From positions 1,825-65,824 of the forward strand of contig JAKONR010000544.1 of assembly GCA_022701825.1 (NCBI GenBank): a stretch of DNA of 64,000 nucleotides, read 5' to 3'. Positions within the stretch are counted from its first letter, which is position 1. Every line of letters begins with the position of its first letter. Made by a program: the position numbers and the translations under genes. Shown here piece after piece: positions 1 to 9,908 of the stretch. Under the pieces are notes generated by a model that did not search any database, had not been told where the DNA came from, and was given only the letters and a program-made list of their open reading frames with translations. This DNA is from Hymenobacteraceae bacterium. GTDB lineage: Bacteria > Bacteroidota > Bacteroidia > Cytophagales > Hymenobacteraceae.

Positions 1-1
1 T

Positions 2-490
2 AACTGCCCCTCGGCCGACCGCACGGCTACGGTCGCGGATAACTCGGTGACGTTCCTCATGAGTAACATGATGCCACAGGCCCCCAACAACAACCAGCAG
101 ACCTGGGGCGACCTCGAAGACTACTGCCGCACGCTGGCCCGCGCCGGCAACGAGCTCTACGTTGTCTGTGGCTCCTACGGCCGGGGCGGAACCGGTAGTG
201 CGGGCTACCAGCTGACAATTGCGGGGGGCAAGATTACGGTGCCCGCTAACTGCTGGAAGGTGATTGTTATCCTACCCACCGGCAGTAATGATGTAAGCCG
301 CATCACTAGTAGCACCCGCGTGATTGCCGTCAATACTCCCAACGACAACAGTTTGAATGCCGTCTGGGGCGGCTACCGCACCAGCGTTGATGCCATTGAA
401 GCCGCCGCGGGCCTAGACCTACTCAGTGCGCTCCCCACCAGCGTTCAAAACGCCCTGGAAGCCAAGACGGACACGGGGCCGACTAAATAG
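2..490 (+). CDS. DNA/RNA non-specific endonuclease (NucA/Serratia family), C-terminal part; 5' end lies outside the window
   Basis: Frame 2 is open from the window start (NCPSADRT...TFLMSNMMPQAPNNNQQTWGDLE) and is closely similar to the catalytic domain of the paralog at 1292-2608. Confidence 0.9.
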   Translation, partial: NCPSADRTATVADNSVTFLMSNMMPQAPNNNQQTWGDLEDYCRTLARAGNELYVVCGSYGRGGTGSAGYQLTIAGGKITVPANCWKVIVILPTGSNDVSRITSSTRVIAVNTPNDNSLNAVWGGYRTSVDAIEAAAGLDLLSALPTSVQNALEAKTDTGPTK

Positions 491-511
491 CCCTGCTTCG
501 TAAAGTCTTGA

Positions 512-544
512 AGAGCCCGTTTGCTGCCAGTAAATGGGTTTTTT
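512..544. terminator. Probable bidirectional intrinsic terminator between convergent nuclease and inhibitor genes
   Basis: Hairpin AGCCCGTTTGC-tgcca-GTAAATGGGTT followed by a T-run, between two convergent stop codons. Confidence 0.6.
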
Positions 545-552
545 ACGTTTAC

Positions 553-987
553 TCAAGTTTCAATCAGGACCGTCTTGAAGCCCACTAGCTGGCCTTCGGC
601 TTCTCCCAACGCGTAGGCGTGCACCTGCGGGCCGCTGCCCACCCGGTACACCTGCACGGGGCTGAGCTGCTGCGTCAAGAAGTCCTGCAACGCCTGGTAG
701 CGGGCGGCGAGGGCAGCGTCACCCAGCACGCCCGTGGGCGACGTGTGATTGCGCAGGAAGTAGGGCAGTTCCACGACCTGCACCGGCGCCGTGGCCGGCT
801 CCCCAAGCGCGGTCAGCAGCTCCGGGCTGGGGAGTGCTCCGGCTGGCCGAGGGCAGCTCACGAGTTCTAAGGGCGCGTCCGATTCACTGAGAAAGAACAA
901 GCCCGCGAGCAAGGGGGTGAGCTGGGCTTCAATAGCCGGCAAGGAAGCAGGGGTGGTTGGAGACACGGAAGAAGGAAAAGTGGGCAC
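553..987 (-). CDS. Nuclease A inhibitor (NuiA-like) protein
   Basis: GLFFLSESDAP motif, VQVYRVG...YALG and C-terminal GFKTVLIET match the NuiA family; lies between two NucA-like genes. Confidence 0.85.
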   Translation of the reverse strand: MPTFPSSVSPTTPASLPAIEAQLTPLLAGLFFLSESDAPLELVSCPRPAGALPSPELLTALGEPATAPVQVVELPYFLRNHTSPTGVLGDAALAARYQALQDFLTQQLSPVQVYRVGSGPQVHAYALGEAEGQLVGFKTVLIET

Positions 988-1291
988 GGCCCAAAATTAT
1001 TTTTTGCTCGGGAGTGGGCTAACTACCTACGTAGTAGATTTTTGGAAATACTAGCCATAAGCAGTTACTCATCAAACTACTAGTGGCTTAACGGCGGCAG
1101 CACGACCAGTAATTCATAATGTACTGATAATGTGCAAGTCTTTCTCAGTAGCCGTAGGAGTAGTATACTCTTGCTTATATACACAAAACGCTGTATTCAT
1201 GTGAGTTGAATCTTCATGAAGTCCGCCGGACCTTTGCACTATCAGCAGGTGCTACTGCATTTTTTACGCTTTTGCCGTCCGCTTTCTACTT

Positions 1292-2608
1292 ATGAAGAAT
1301 ACCTTACTCCGCTCCTATTGGTTGCTGCTGGTTGGGCTGCTGGCCCTGCGCCCCGGGCTGGGGCTGGCCCAAACCACGACCACGCCGACCACCGAAACGT
1401 TCGAGACGGGCACGAAGACAACCTACCCGACCGGCGTGGTGACGCTCTCGACCGGCGACTGGACGTTTGATGATGCGCTGCTCGGCACCGACCCGACCGA
1501 CCAGAAAAATGGGGCGCAGGCCGTGCGCGTCGAGCAGCAGGGCCGCGTGACCATGAACTTCTACCTGCCGGACGGGGCCTCGCTGGTCACGGTGCAGCAC
1601 GCCTTGACGGGCAACGATGCGGGCAGCGCCTGGGAGCTCTGGGCCCAGTCCCAATATTGCAGCTGCAACAACTGGACGAAGGTAGGCGCCACGGTTCTCA
1701 CCACCAGCAGCAGCCTGCAAACGGCCGCCTTTTCGGTCAGCCTGCCGGGCGCCGTGCGCTTTGAACTGCGCAAGGTCTCCGGGGGAGCGGCGCGCCTCAA
1801 TTTTGACGACTTCACGGTCACGCCCTACGTCACTAACCCGGGTTCGGCGACCCCGGACAACGACCATATCGCGCTGGGCAACCCTAGTAACGCCAAGCCC
1901 GATGTCAACTTCCCCACCAACTACTTGCTGGAGAAGTACCAATACAAGCTCTCCTACAACCGGGACCAGGGTAAACCCAACTGGGTTTCCTGGCACTTGG
2001 ACGCTTCCTGGGTAGGCAGTGCGCCGCGCCAGGATGACTTCCGCCCCGACTCTACCCTGCCCGCCGGCTGGTACCGGGTGCTGGCCACGGACTACGTGGG
2101 CACCGGCTTTGACCGCGGCCACAACTGCCCCTCAGCGGACCGTACCAACTCCATTCGCAACAACTCGGTGACCTTTCTCATGTCCAACATGATGCCGCAG
2201 GCCCCCAACAACAACCAGCAGACCTGGGCCAACCTGGAGAACTACACCCGCACCTTCCTAGGCGCGAACGAAGTCTACGTCATCGCCGGCTCCTACGGGG
2301 TGGGGGGGACGGGCTCCAATGGCACGTACACCACCATTGCGGGGGGCAAAATCACGGTTCCCTCCAACACGTGGAAAGTCATCGTGATTCTGCCCGTGGG
2401 CAACAACGATGCGCTGCGCGTCAACGCCAACACGCGCATCATCGCCGTGGATATGCCCAACAGCAACGCCATCAACCTAAACTGGGGCACCTACCGCACG
2501 AGCGTCGACGCCATCGAGGCGGCGACCGGCTACGACCTGCTTTCCGACCTGCCCGCCGCTGTGCAGGCCGTGGTGGAAGCCAAAGTGGATGCCGGCCCTA
2601 CCAACTAA
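1292..2608 (+). CDS. Secreted DNA/RNA non-specific endonuclease (NucA family) with N-terminal beta-sandwich domain
   Basis: Signal peptide; PNWVSWHL, FDRGHNCPSADR active site and NMMPQAPNNNQQTW. Confidence 0.92.
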   Translation: MKNTLLRSYWLLLVGLLALRPGLGLAQTTTTPTTETFETGTKTTYPTGVVTLSTGDWTFDDALLGTDPTDQKNGAQAVRVEQQGRVTMNFYLPDGASLVTVQHALTGNDAGSAWELWAQSQYCSCNNWTKVGATVLTTSSSLQTAAFSVSLPGAVRFELRKVSGGAARLNFDDFTVTPYVTNPGSATPDNDHIALGNPSNAKPDVNFPTNYLLEKYQYKLSYNRDQGKPNWVSWHLDASWVGSAPRQDDFRPDSTLPAGWYRVLATDYVGTGFDRGHNCPSADRTNSIRNNSVTFLMSNMMPQAPNNNQQTWANLENYTRTFLGANEVYVIAGSYGVGGTGSNGTYTTIAGGKITVPSNTWKVIVILPVGNNDALRVNANTRIIAVDMPNSNAINLNWGTYRTSVDAIEAATGYDLLSDLPAAVQAVVEAKVDAGPTN

Positions 2609-2672
2609 GCCCCGGCAGTTCTTCGCTCCTTCTTCTCAGCCTTTAGCGGCGGCGCTGCCGCCTCCCCCTTTT

Positions 2673-5600
2673 ATGTTCCCATTCACTACGCGCCTGTCCC
2701 GCCTGGTCCGGCAACTAACCTGGCTGCTGCTACTCCCCGCCGCGGCGCAGGCGCAGCTGTCCCTAACCTCTGCCAGCGCCGCCAAAACCGAAAACTTTGA
2801 CGGGCTAGGTACGGCAACTGCTGCCAGCACCAAAGCCACCCTGCCCACCGGCTTTAAGCTCTCCACGGCCGCCACTCCTACCTACGGGGACGCGAACAAC
2901 ACGACCCAAACCACCAATTCGACCGTGTTGGCTAATTCCTCCGCTACCGGCGGAGCGTACAATTTCGGGAGCAGCCCGGCCACCGGTACCAGCGCCACTA
3001 ACACGGACCGGGCCCTGGGCTTCATTTTTAGCAGTGGCTATCCATCGCCGGCGCACGTACTGTTGTGGGTGCAGAACAACACGGGCAGTCCGCTGACGGG
3101 CCTGACCATTCAGTTTGACCTGGAGCAGTACCGCGAAAACACGGTGGCTGCCGACTGGAAGTTCTTCACCAGTACCGATGGGTCGGCCTGGACCGCGCAA
3201 ACGAGCGGCGACCAGACCTTTGCGGCCGCGGGCGCCACCACCTTCCGCTACCCCCCCTCGTCGACGACCAAGACGGTTACGGTAAGTAACCTAAGTATCG
3301 CTGCGGGGGCGTCCTATTACCTGCGCTGGACCATGCAGGCGGCCTCCAGCAGCAACAGCCACGGCATCGGCCTCGATAACCTATCGCTGACGCCCACCAC
3401 CGGAACGGGCGTGCCCCCCACTACGCCCACGCTTACCACCACGCCCGCTACCTACAACAGCCCCTGGTGCGTGACCACGATGGCGGGTAGTAGTGCCTTC
3501 AACGTCGCGTACACGAGCACCGGCACGTTCACCGGCACCTTCAAAGCGCAGCTTTCCTCGGCTATCGGCACGTTTCCCAACGACGCGACCAGCAACATCA
3601 TTGGCCTGGGGACGGGCGCATCCCCCATCGTCGCCACCATCCCGGCCGGTACGGCCAGCGGGACTGGCTACCGCATTCGCGTTGTCAACGACAATCCCAG
3701 TACCTTCGCCAGCGACAACGGTAGTAACCTGACGGTGAGCCTGGCGCCTACCGCCAACCCCGTTACCCTGAGCCCGACGACCGACCAGACGATTACGCCC
3801 ACCACCAGCGGGACGGCCCTCGTCGCTACCCCCGCCGCCGTCTCCACCTTCGCCTGGTTTTACGGCCCCTCGGCGACGGGCTCCTTCGCGACCGCCCTGC
3901 CGGGGGCGACCACGGCCACGTACCAGCCCAAGGGCGCGGACTTTCCGGGGCTGGGCGATTACTACGTCGTCGCGAAGGCCACCAGCACCTGCGGCAACAT
4001 CACGGGCACCAGCGCGCCGGTCAAAATCACGGTTGCTACCGCGCCGGCCGCGCTGACTACTTCCACCTCGACGCTGACCAGCTTCGGCGCCGTGGCCGTG
4101 GGCAGCACGTCGAGCGCCAAATCATTTACCGTTAGCGGCACCGGCCTGACGGGCGCCATCACGATCACGCCCCCGGTTGGCTTTGAGATTCGCACCGGCC
4201 CCACGGCCTTCGCCTGCTGCGCCATTACCCTTACGCCCGACGCCAGTGGCGCGGTGGCTAGCACGCAGCTTGACGTGCGCTTCGCCCCGCAGCTACCCCA
4301 GGCCTACGCCGACCAGGTCACCGTGGCCAGCCCCGGCTTCCCTACTGCCACCGTGGCAGTAAGCGGCACCGGTACGGCGGCCACGTACCCCGCCACCGTC
4401 AGCTCCGCGGCCCCTTCCGCCCTGACGACGACCACCGCGACGGCCGGGGGTACCGTTTCCGCCGACGGGGGCAGCCCGGTCACGGCCTACGGGGTTGCCT
4501 ACGGCATAGACCCCGAGCCAACTATTACCGGCCTCCACACCACAGACGGCGCGGGCCTGACCACCTTTACGAGTGCGCTCACCAGCCTGCGTCCGGGTAC
4601 GCAGTACTACGTGCGGGCCTACGCCACCAACGGCCAGGGCACGCTCTACGGCGAGCAGTATGCCTTCACAACCGTGGCCGTGCCCTTGGCGGCCGAGCCT
4701 ACCGTCTCGTCGCAGGTGACGGCCAGCCGACTTCAGACCACGCGGGTGCTGCTCACCTTCACCAGGGGGAACGGCGCCAAGCACCTGCTGCTGGCCCACC
4801 TCAACGCCAGCGTCAACCAGGACCCGACCGACGCGACGACCTACACTGCGAATACTACGTTCGGTCAGGGCCAGGCCATTGGCCCCGATGCCGACAACTT
4901 CGTGCTCTACGCTGGCGTCAGCGATACGGTCACCGTGTTTGGCCTGCGAGCGAATACGCCCTATTCCTTCGCGGTTTACGACTACAATGACAACGGCACG
5001 CCCTACGCGGAGAACTACCTGCTCACTAGCCCCGGCACGCTCGCGCTGACCACCCCGCCGCTGCCGCCCACCCTGCTGCTGGAGGAAAACTTCCCCTACG
5101 CCGCCGGGCAACCCCTAGCCAGCAACAACTGGACGGTGCACAGCGGGACCTCGAATACGGTCACGGTGGCCGCCACGAACCTAACGTACCCGGGCTACGG
5201 CGCGGGCACAGGGAACGCCGCGCTGCTGAACGGCTCGGGCATCGACGTAAACCGGACGTTCTCCCCCGTGTACGCCCGCACGACGGTTTACCTCTCGGCC
5301 CTGGTGTCGGTGAGCAACGCTACGAGCGCCGGGGATTACTTCCTGCACCTGGGTAACAACCCGCTCACGAGCAGCAGCTACCGGGGTCGACTGTTCGTGC
5401 GCAAAGCCACGGACAATACCATCCAGTTTGGGGTGTCGGGCTCGGGCAATGCCACGGACAAGACGCTCACCTACACGACTACCTCCTACGCCCTTAACAC
5501 GACTTACCTGCTGCTGCTGCGCTACAGCTTCGATGAAACAGGCAACCAGGCCGACCTCTTTATCAATCCGCCCCTGAGCGGGAGCCTACCTACCCCCGAC

Positions 5601-6263
5601 GCTACGTACACGGAGACGGGTAATTCCCCGGCTAACGTGGGCGCCGTAGCCCTGCGGCAGAGCGTGGCCTCGATGGTGCTGACGGTCGACGGGATTGCGG
5701 TGGGTACGGACTTTCCGCTGGCTACCACTACCCCGCTGCCCGTCACGCTGGTCGACTTCACGGCCCAACTCGCCGGCCGGGCCGTGCAGCTGGATTGGCA
5801 CACCGCCTCTGAGCGGAACGCAGCCCGCTTTGAGGTGGAGCGGAGTCTGGACGCAGTCAACTTCACCTATCTGGGCGCGCGCCCCGCCGCGGGTACAAGC
5901 AGCGTCGCTCACGCGTACGCCTTTACGGATTCGGCGCTGCCCGTTGGCACCACGACGCTCTACTACCGCCTGCGACAGGTAGACGTGGATGGCACCAGTA
6001 CCTATTCGCCCGTGCGGGCCGTAGCACTGGCCCCTTCAGCCGCAGGGGTAGCCCTCTTTCCTAACCCCACCACGCGCCTCACCACCCTAACTGGTGCTAG
6101 CGCGCATGCTTCGGTACAGGTGTTGGATGCCCTGGGCCGCACCGTGCTCATGGCCACGGCCGATGCCGCTGGCGTAACGCCGCTGGCGTTGCCAGCGGGG
6201 CTAGCGCCCGGCGTCTACGTGGTGCGCACCGGCAGCCAAGCCCTGCGCTTACTGCTGGAATAG
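2673..6263 (+). CDS. Large Thr/Ser-rich secreted protein with Ig/FN3-like repeats and T9SS type A sorting domain
   Basis: Signal peptide after ATG 2673; YYVRAYATN FN3-like motif; PLPVTLVDFTA...YYRLRQVDVDG...LFPNP...GVYVVR C-terminal domain typical of T9SS cargo. Confidence 0.85.
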   Translation: MFPFTTRLSRLVRQLTWLLLLPAAAQAQLSLTSASAAKTENFDGLGTATAASTKATLPTGFKLSTAATPTYGDANNTTQTTNSTVLANSSATGGAYNFGSSPATGTSATNTDRALGFIFSSGYPSPAHVLLWVQNNTGSPLTGLTIQFDLEQYRENTVAADWKFFTSTDGSAWTAQTSGDQTFAAAGATTFRYPPSSTTKTVTVSNLSIAAGASYYLRWTMQAASSSNSHGIGLDNLSLTPTTGTGVPPTTPTLTTTPATYNSPWCVTTMAGSSAFNVAYTSTGTFTGTFKAQLSSAIGTFPNDATSNIIGLGTGASPIVATIPAGTASGTGYRIRVVNDNPSTFASDNGSNLTVSLAPTANPVTLSPTTDQTITPTTSGTALVATPAAVSTFAWFYGPSATGSFATALPGATTATYQPKGADFPGLGDYYVVAKATSTCGNITGTSAPVKITVATAPAALTTSTSTLTSFGAVAVGSTSSAKSFTVSGTGLTGAITITPPVGFEIRTGPTAFACCAITLTPDASGAVASTQLDVRFAPQLPQAYADQVTVASPGFPTATVAVSGTGTAATYPATVSSAAPSALTTTTATAGGTVSADGGSPVTAYGVAYGIDPEPTITGLHTTDGAGLTTFTSALTSLRPGTQYYVRAYATNGQGTLYGEQYAFTTVAVPLAAEPTVSSQVTASRLQTTRVLLTFTRGNGAKHLLLAHLNASVNQDPTDATTYTANTTFGQGQAIGPDADNFVLYAGVSDTVTVFGLRANTPYSFAVYDYNDNGTPYAENYLLTSPGTLALTTPPLPPTLLLEENFPYAAGQPLASNNWTVHSGTSNTVTVAATNLTYPGYGAGTGNAALLNGSGIDVNRTFSPVYARTTVYLSALVSVSNATSAGDYFLHLGNNPLTSSSYRGRLFVRKATDNTIQFGVSGSGNATDKTLTYTTTSYALNTTYLLLLRYSFDETGNQADLFINPPLSGSLPTPDATYTETGNSPANVGAVALRQSVASMVLTVDGIAVGTDFPLATTTPLPVTLVDFTAQLAGRAVQLDWHTASERNAARFEVERSLDAVNFTYLGARPAAGTSSVAHAYAFTDSALPVGTTTLYYRLRQVDVDGTSTYSPVRAVALAPSAAGVALFPNPTTRLTTLTGASAHASVQVLDALGRTVLMATADAAGVTPLALPAGLAPGVYVVRTGSQALRLLLE

Positions 6264-6293
6264 ACTCAGCACAGCCCACATTAGCACAAGTGG

Positions 6294-6326
6294 AAAAAGC
6301 CTCGACCAACTGGTCGGGGCTTTTTT
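6294..6326 (+). terminator. Intrinsic terminator
   Basis: AAAAAGCCTCGACCA-ac-TGGTCGGGGCTTTTTT hairpin with U-tract, downstream of the T9SS gene. Confidence 0.8.
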
Positions 6327-6339
6327 GTAGCTTGGCAGG

Positions 6340-6828
6340 ATGAAAGGTTGGCTGCTCTGGGTGGTACTTGCCGCGGGTCCGGTTCACGCCCAGCGTCCCA
6401 CGGCGGAAGCCGCTCGCGCACCCGTCAGCTTTTGGCCCCTGGAGGCGCGCACGGGCACGGTGGTATTCACCGCCCCGACGAGACGACCCGCGGCCTCGGC
6501 GCGCTGGCAGGCGGAACAAGTGCGCGGCTGGCTTACCCAACTCTGCGGGACGAGTTGGGGCGAGCAGCAGGCCGGAGCTGACTCCGTGCAGCTTTACCAA
6601 GGTCAGCTGCGGGGCGTGCACGCGGGCGTGGCCCTGCGGTTTACCGTGCGCTTGAAGTGGGATTCCGCGGGGTGGCAGTACCAGCTATTTGCGTGTGAGG
6701 TGCGCTCGCCGACGGGCACGGAAGTCGTGCACTGGCTACCGCTGCACCGACTGCTCGATGACCCGGATTTTAAGCCCGATATAAGGAGCTTTCAGCAGCA
6801 GCTACAGGTAGCCTTGTCAGCCTTATAA
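6340..6828 (+). CDS. Hypothetical exported protein
   Basis: 162-aa ORF with signal peptide (MKGWLLWVVLAAGPVHAQ). Confidence 0.6.
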   Translation: MKGWLLWVVLAAGPVHAQRPTAEAARAPVSFWPLEARTGTVVFTAPTRRPAASARWQAEQVRGWLTQLCGTSWGEQQAGADSVQLYQGQLRGVHAGVALRFTVRLKWDSAGWQYQLFACEVRSPTGTEVVHWLPLHRLLDDPDFKPDIRSFQQQLQVALSAL

Positions 6829-7049
6829 ATCGGCGAGCAGCTCATGTGGTTTCTAGTACTTCTTATCGGCAGCAAATGGGTGAAATTATCGTCAGCACCT
6901 TGCGAGAAAGGCTAGGAAGATTCGCCCTTCTAGTGCCGACCTCAGCTAATCTGGCGCAGGGAAAAGGTAAGCGCACATCGCCTTGCTGGACGTTTAGGTG
7001 AGGTGGTCGAGTAAAAACAGACAATGAGAAGTCTTACCTGCCCATGCCC

Positions 7050-7352
7050 ATGCCCGACAATACTAATCCGAGCGGCCTGCCGCTGACCCGCAAAAAATAT
7101 ACGCCCGCCTTTAAAGCCGAGTGCGTGCGCCAGGTGGCCGCGGGAGCCCGGCAGACGGACGTGGCCCGTGCCCAGGGCCTCTCGCCCGCCTTGCTGGGCC
7201 GCTGGCAGCGCCAAGCGTTGGCCGAAGCCGTGCCGAGTAGTGTTGAGCGCGAAGAGATTAAGCGCTTGCGGGCCGAGCTCAAACGCGTGGAGCAGGAGCG
7301 CGATATTTTAAAAAAAGTCGTGACCATCTTTGCACAACCGCCTCAATCATGA
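7050..7352 (+). CDS. IS3 transposase OrfA (HTH)
   Basis: RKKYTPAFKAECV...VARAQGLS HTH and coiled coil ELKRVEQERDILKK. Confidence 0.92.
   Translation: MPDNTNPSGLPLTRKKYTPAFKAECVRQVAAGARQTDVARAQGLSPALLGRWQRQALAEAVPSSVEREEIKRLRAELKRVEQERDILKKVVTIFAQPPQS
7310..7317 (+). other. Programmed -1 frameshift slippery site (A7G) giving OrfAB
   Basis: AAAAAAAG near the end of orfA; the -1 frame is open from here to the orfB ATG at 7349. Confidence 0.7.
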
Positions 7353-8218
7353 GCCGTTATCAGTTCATCGAGCAGGCGGCTAGCACGGAGCCCGTGCAGG
7401 TGCTCTGCCGCGTGCTACACGTCAGTGCTGCCGGCTACTACCAGTGGCGGAAGCGGGCAGACCGACCGACACCTGCCTGGGAGCCGGCGGCCAGCGCCGC
7501 CTTTTCGCGCCACGCCCAGCGCTATGGCACCCGACGCTTGCGAGCAGAATTGCGCGCCGAAGGGCACGCCGTTGGGCGCTACGCGTTACGTACTTGGCTG
7601 CGTCGCCGCGGCTTGCGGGCGCTGAGCACGCGCCCCCAACGCCCCCGCACGACCATCGCTGACCCAGCGGCAGCTGTAGCCGAAAATCTGTTGCTTGGTC
7701 GACCAGCCCCCACTGCCCCGAATCAGGTCTGGGTGGGCGATATCACCTACTTGCCACTGGTCGGTGGGCGCTGGTGCTATTTGGCCACCTGGCGGGATAC
7801 GTGCTCGCGGCGCGTAGTCGGCTGGCACCTCGACCGGCACATGCCCACCGAGTTGGTGCTCACGGCGCTGGAGCAGGCCCTGACACTACGCCAGCCAGCT
7901 CCCGGCCTGATAGTCCACGCCGACCGCGGCAGTCAATATACCAGTTCGGCTTGCCGCACGCGTATCGAAAAAGCCCAAGCGCTGGCCAGCTATAGTTCGC
8001 CGGGCAACCCTTATGATAACGCCCAGGCCGAGGCGGGCTGGAGCACGCTCAAAACCGAACTGCTGCCGCACGGCGGCGCGTTTGCCAGCCTCGAAGAGGC
8101 TCGCCTAGAGGTCGCCTACTACCTTGACACCTACTTCAACCTTGACCGCCGCCACTCGGCGCTTGGCTACCGCTCGCCGCACCAATTTGAACGCGACTGC
8201 TTAACCAGCATATCTTAG
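7349..8218 (+). CDS. IS3 transposase OrfB (DDE integrase core)
   Basis: WVGDITY, HADRGSQY, GNPYDNAQAE and RRHSALGYRSP motifs. Confidence 0.95.
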   Translation: MSRYQFIEQAASTEPVQVLCRVLHVSAAGYYQWRKRADRPTPAWEPAASAAFSRHAQRYGTRRLRAELRAEGHAVGRYALRTWLRRRGLRALSTRPQRPRTTIADPAAAVAENLLLGRPAPTAPNQVWVGDITYLPLVGGRWCYLATWRDTCSRRVVGWHLDRHMPTELVLTALEQALTLRQPAPGLIVHADRGSQYTSSACRTRIEKAQALASYSSPGNPYDNAQAEAGWSTLKTELLPHGGAFASLEEARLEVAYYLDTYFNLDRRHSALGYRSPHQFERDCLTSIS

Positions 8219-8621
8219 AAGCTGTCCGTTTTTACTAGACCACCCCACCTTAATGCTGTCTCAGCTTGACGGCTTAGAAGGCGATGAGCAAGACTACAAT
8301 CTAAACTTTGCCGAAGGATTCGTCTGCCTGCGGAATTCAATCCACGAAAAGGCATACTCTTAATTTAACAAATGCTATAAAGCAGCGCCCATCTTCTCTC
8401 GCCGGTTCTCGCTGTGTCGTACTGGCGTATTACTGCGACGGCGACACAACCGGTCCTGTTTAGCTGATCCTGCGCAGCAAGGGAACCGGAGCAAATGCCC
8501 ATGGTGGGCAGCGTTGCCCAGAAAGCCAAGTCGTGCTGCACTTGTTTAAGCCGCAGGTCAACCCTGCAGCGCAAAGTTCAAGGGTGTTGGCGCAGACGAC
8601 CAATTAGGTTAGCATAGCTCC

Positions 8622-9776
8622 TTAACGATAAAGCACTTCCAGTCGCTTCACTGCTTGCGTGATCTCCGCAGCCGCTTCCACAATGTCAGCTTCCGTCGTA
8701 AATCGGCCCAGGCCAATGCGGACGGTGCAAAATGCCTCCTCATTGTTCAGCCCCATCGCCGTCAACACCCGAGAAGGATCCAAGCTTCCGGACTCACAGG
8801 CCGACCCCGTGCTGACGGCCACCTTTTCCAAATTGGCGATGATGGCGTCGGCCTCAATGCCGGGAAAGGTTAAGCTGCTGTTATGCGGCAAGCGATGGTC
8901 TAGGTTGCCGTTTATTTTAACGTGGGGCAAGGCCCGCAGAATATGGTCCTCCAAGTACTGGCGCAGGGCTTCCAGTCGCCTTCTTTCTGCGGATAATTCC
9001 GCGAAAGCCAGCTGACAAGCCGTCCCCAAGCCGACCACCAATGGCACGGGGAGCGTGCCCGGACGTAACCCGAATTCTTGGCTGCCTCCCCACTGCTGCG
9101 GCTGCAGGGCTAGCTTCCGAGCGCCGTCGCGAACAAATAACGCCCCCACTCCTTTCGGCCCGTACAATTTGTGCGCACTCAAACAGAGCAAATCAACCGG
9201 CCAGGCGCCCACATCCACGCCGATCTTACCTACGGCTTGCGCGGCATCACAGTGCAGCAGCGCGCCATGCCGGTGGGCCAGTTCCGCCAGCCGGCCGATG
9301 TCTTGCAAGGTGCCCACCTCCGAATTAGCCGCCTGTACTGATAGGAGCAACGTCTGTTCGTCCACCATTTGCTCGGCTACCTCCCAGATAATGACGCCGG
9401 TTGAATTAACCGGCAGCTCCACGACCTCCCACCCTTCCATGGCCAAGTGTTTGCAGGGCTCCAAAACGGACTTGTGCTCAATGGCTGACACCACGATGCG
9501 GCGGCGCTGCCCTGCTGCCTTCACGTGTTGCCGGGCGGCTCCCAAGATGGCTAAGTTGTTGGCTTCCGTTGCGCCGGAGGTGAAAATAATTTCTTCGTTC
9601 TCTGCCCCTATTAATTGGGCCACTTGCTCCCGCGCCGTGGCTACGGCCTCGGCAGCCTGTTGACCCATCGCGTGGGGGCTGCCTGGATTGCCGTAGGCCG
9701 TGGTAAAAAACGGCAGCATGGCCTCGACCACGCGGGGGTCGCAAGCTGTAGTAGCGTGATTGTCTAGGTATACCAT
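8622..9776 (-). CDS. sspA: Cysteine desulfurase (SspA/DndA/IscS-like), sulfur donor of the phosphorothioation system
   Basis: YLDNHATT, FTSGATEANN, HCDAAQAVGK, SAHKLYGPKG (PLP lysine) and STGSAC (catalytic Cys); divergent from sspBCD. Confidence 0.88.
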   Translation of the reverse strand: MVYLDNHATTACDPRVVEAMLPFFTTAYGNPGSPHAMGQQAAEAVATAREQVAQLIGAENEEIIFTSGATEANNLAILGAARQHVKAAGQRRRIVVSAIEHKSVLEPCKHLAMEGWEVVELPVNSTGVIIWEVAEQMVDEQTLLLSVQAANSEVGTLQDIGRLAELAHRHGALLHCDAAQAVGKIGVDVGAWPVDLLCLSAHKLYGPKGVGALFVRDGARKLALQPQQWGGSQEFGLRPGTLPVPLVVGLGTACQLAFAELSAERRRLEALRQYLEDHILRALPHVKINGNLDHRLPHNSSLTFPGIEADAIIANLEKVAVSTGSACESGSLDPSRVLTAMGLNNEEAFCTVRIGLGRFTTEADIVEAAAEITQAVKRLEVLYR

Positions 9777-9908
9777 GGAGGCCGGCAAATAAGTCCACAA
9801 AACTCGCGATTGCTTGGCTTACTTTTGAAAATGGAACGGGCAGAGTTGCATTACCCCCTTGCTTTTTGCCCTCTGCCTCCCCTGCAGGAACTACCATCCT
9901 TACCCATC

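Larger units (their letters stand above)
6999..8247 (+). mobile_element. IS3-family insertion sequence (1249 bp)
   Basis: TG...CA ends; IRL TGAGGTGGTCGAGTAAAAACAGACA and IRR (reverse complement) TGGGGTGGTCTAGTAAAAACGGACA; orfA/orfB organisation. Confidence 0.95.
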
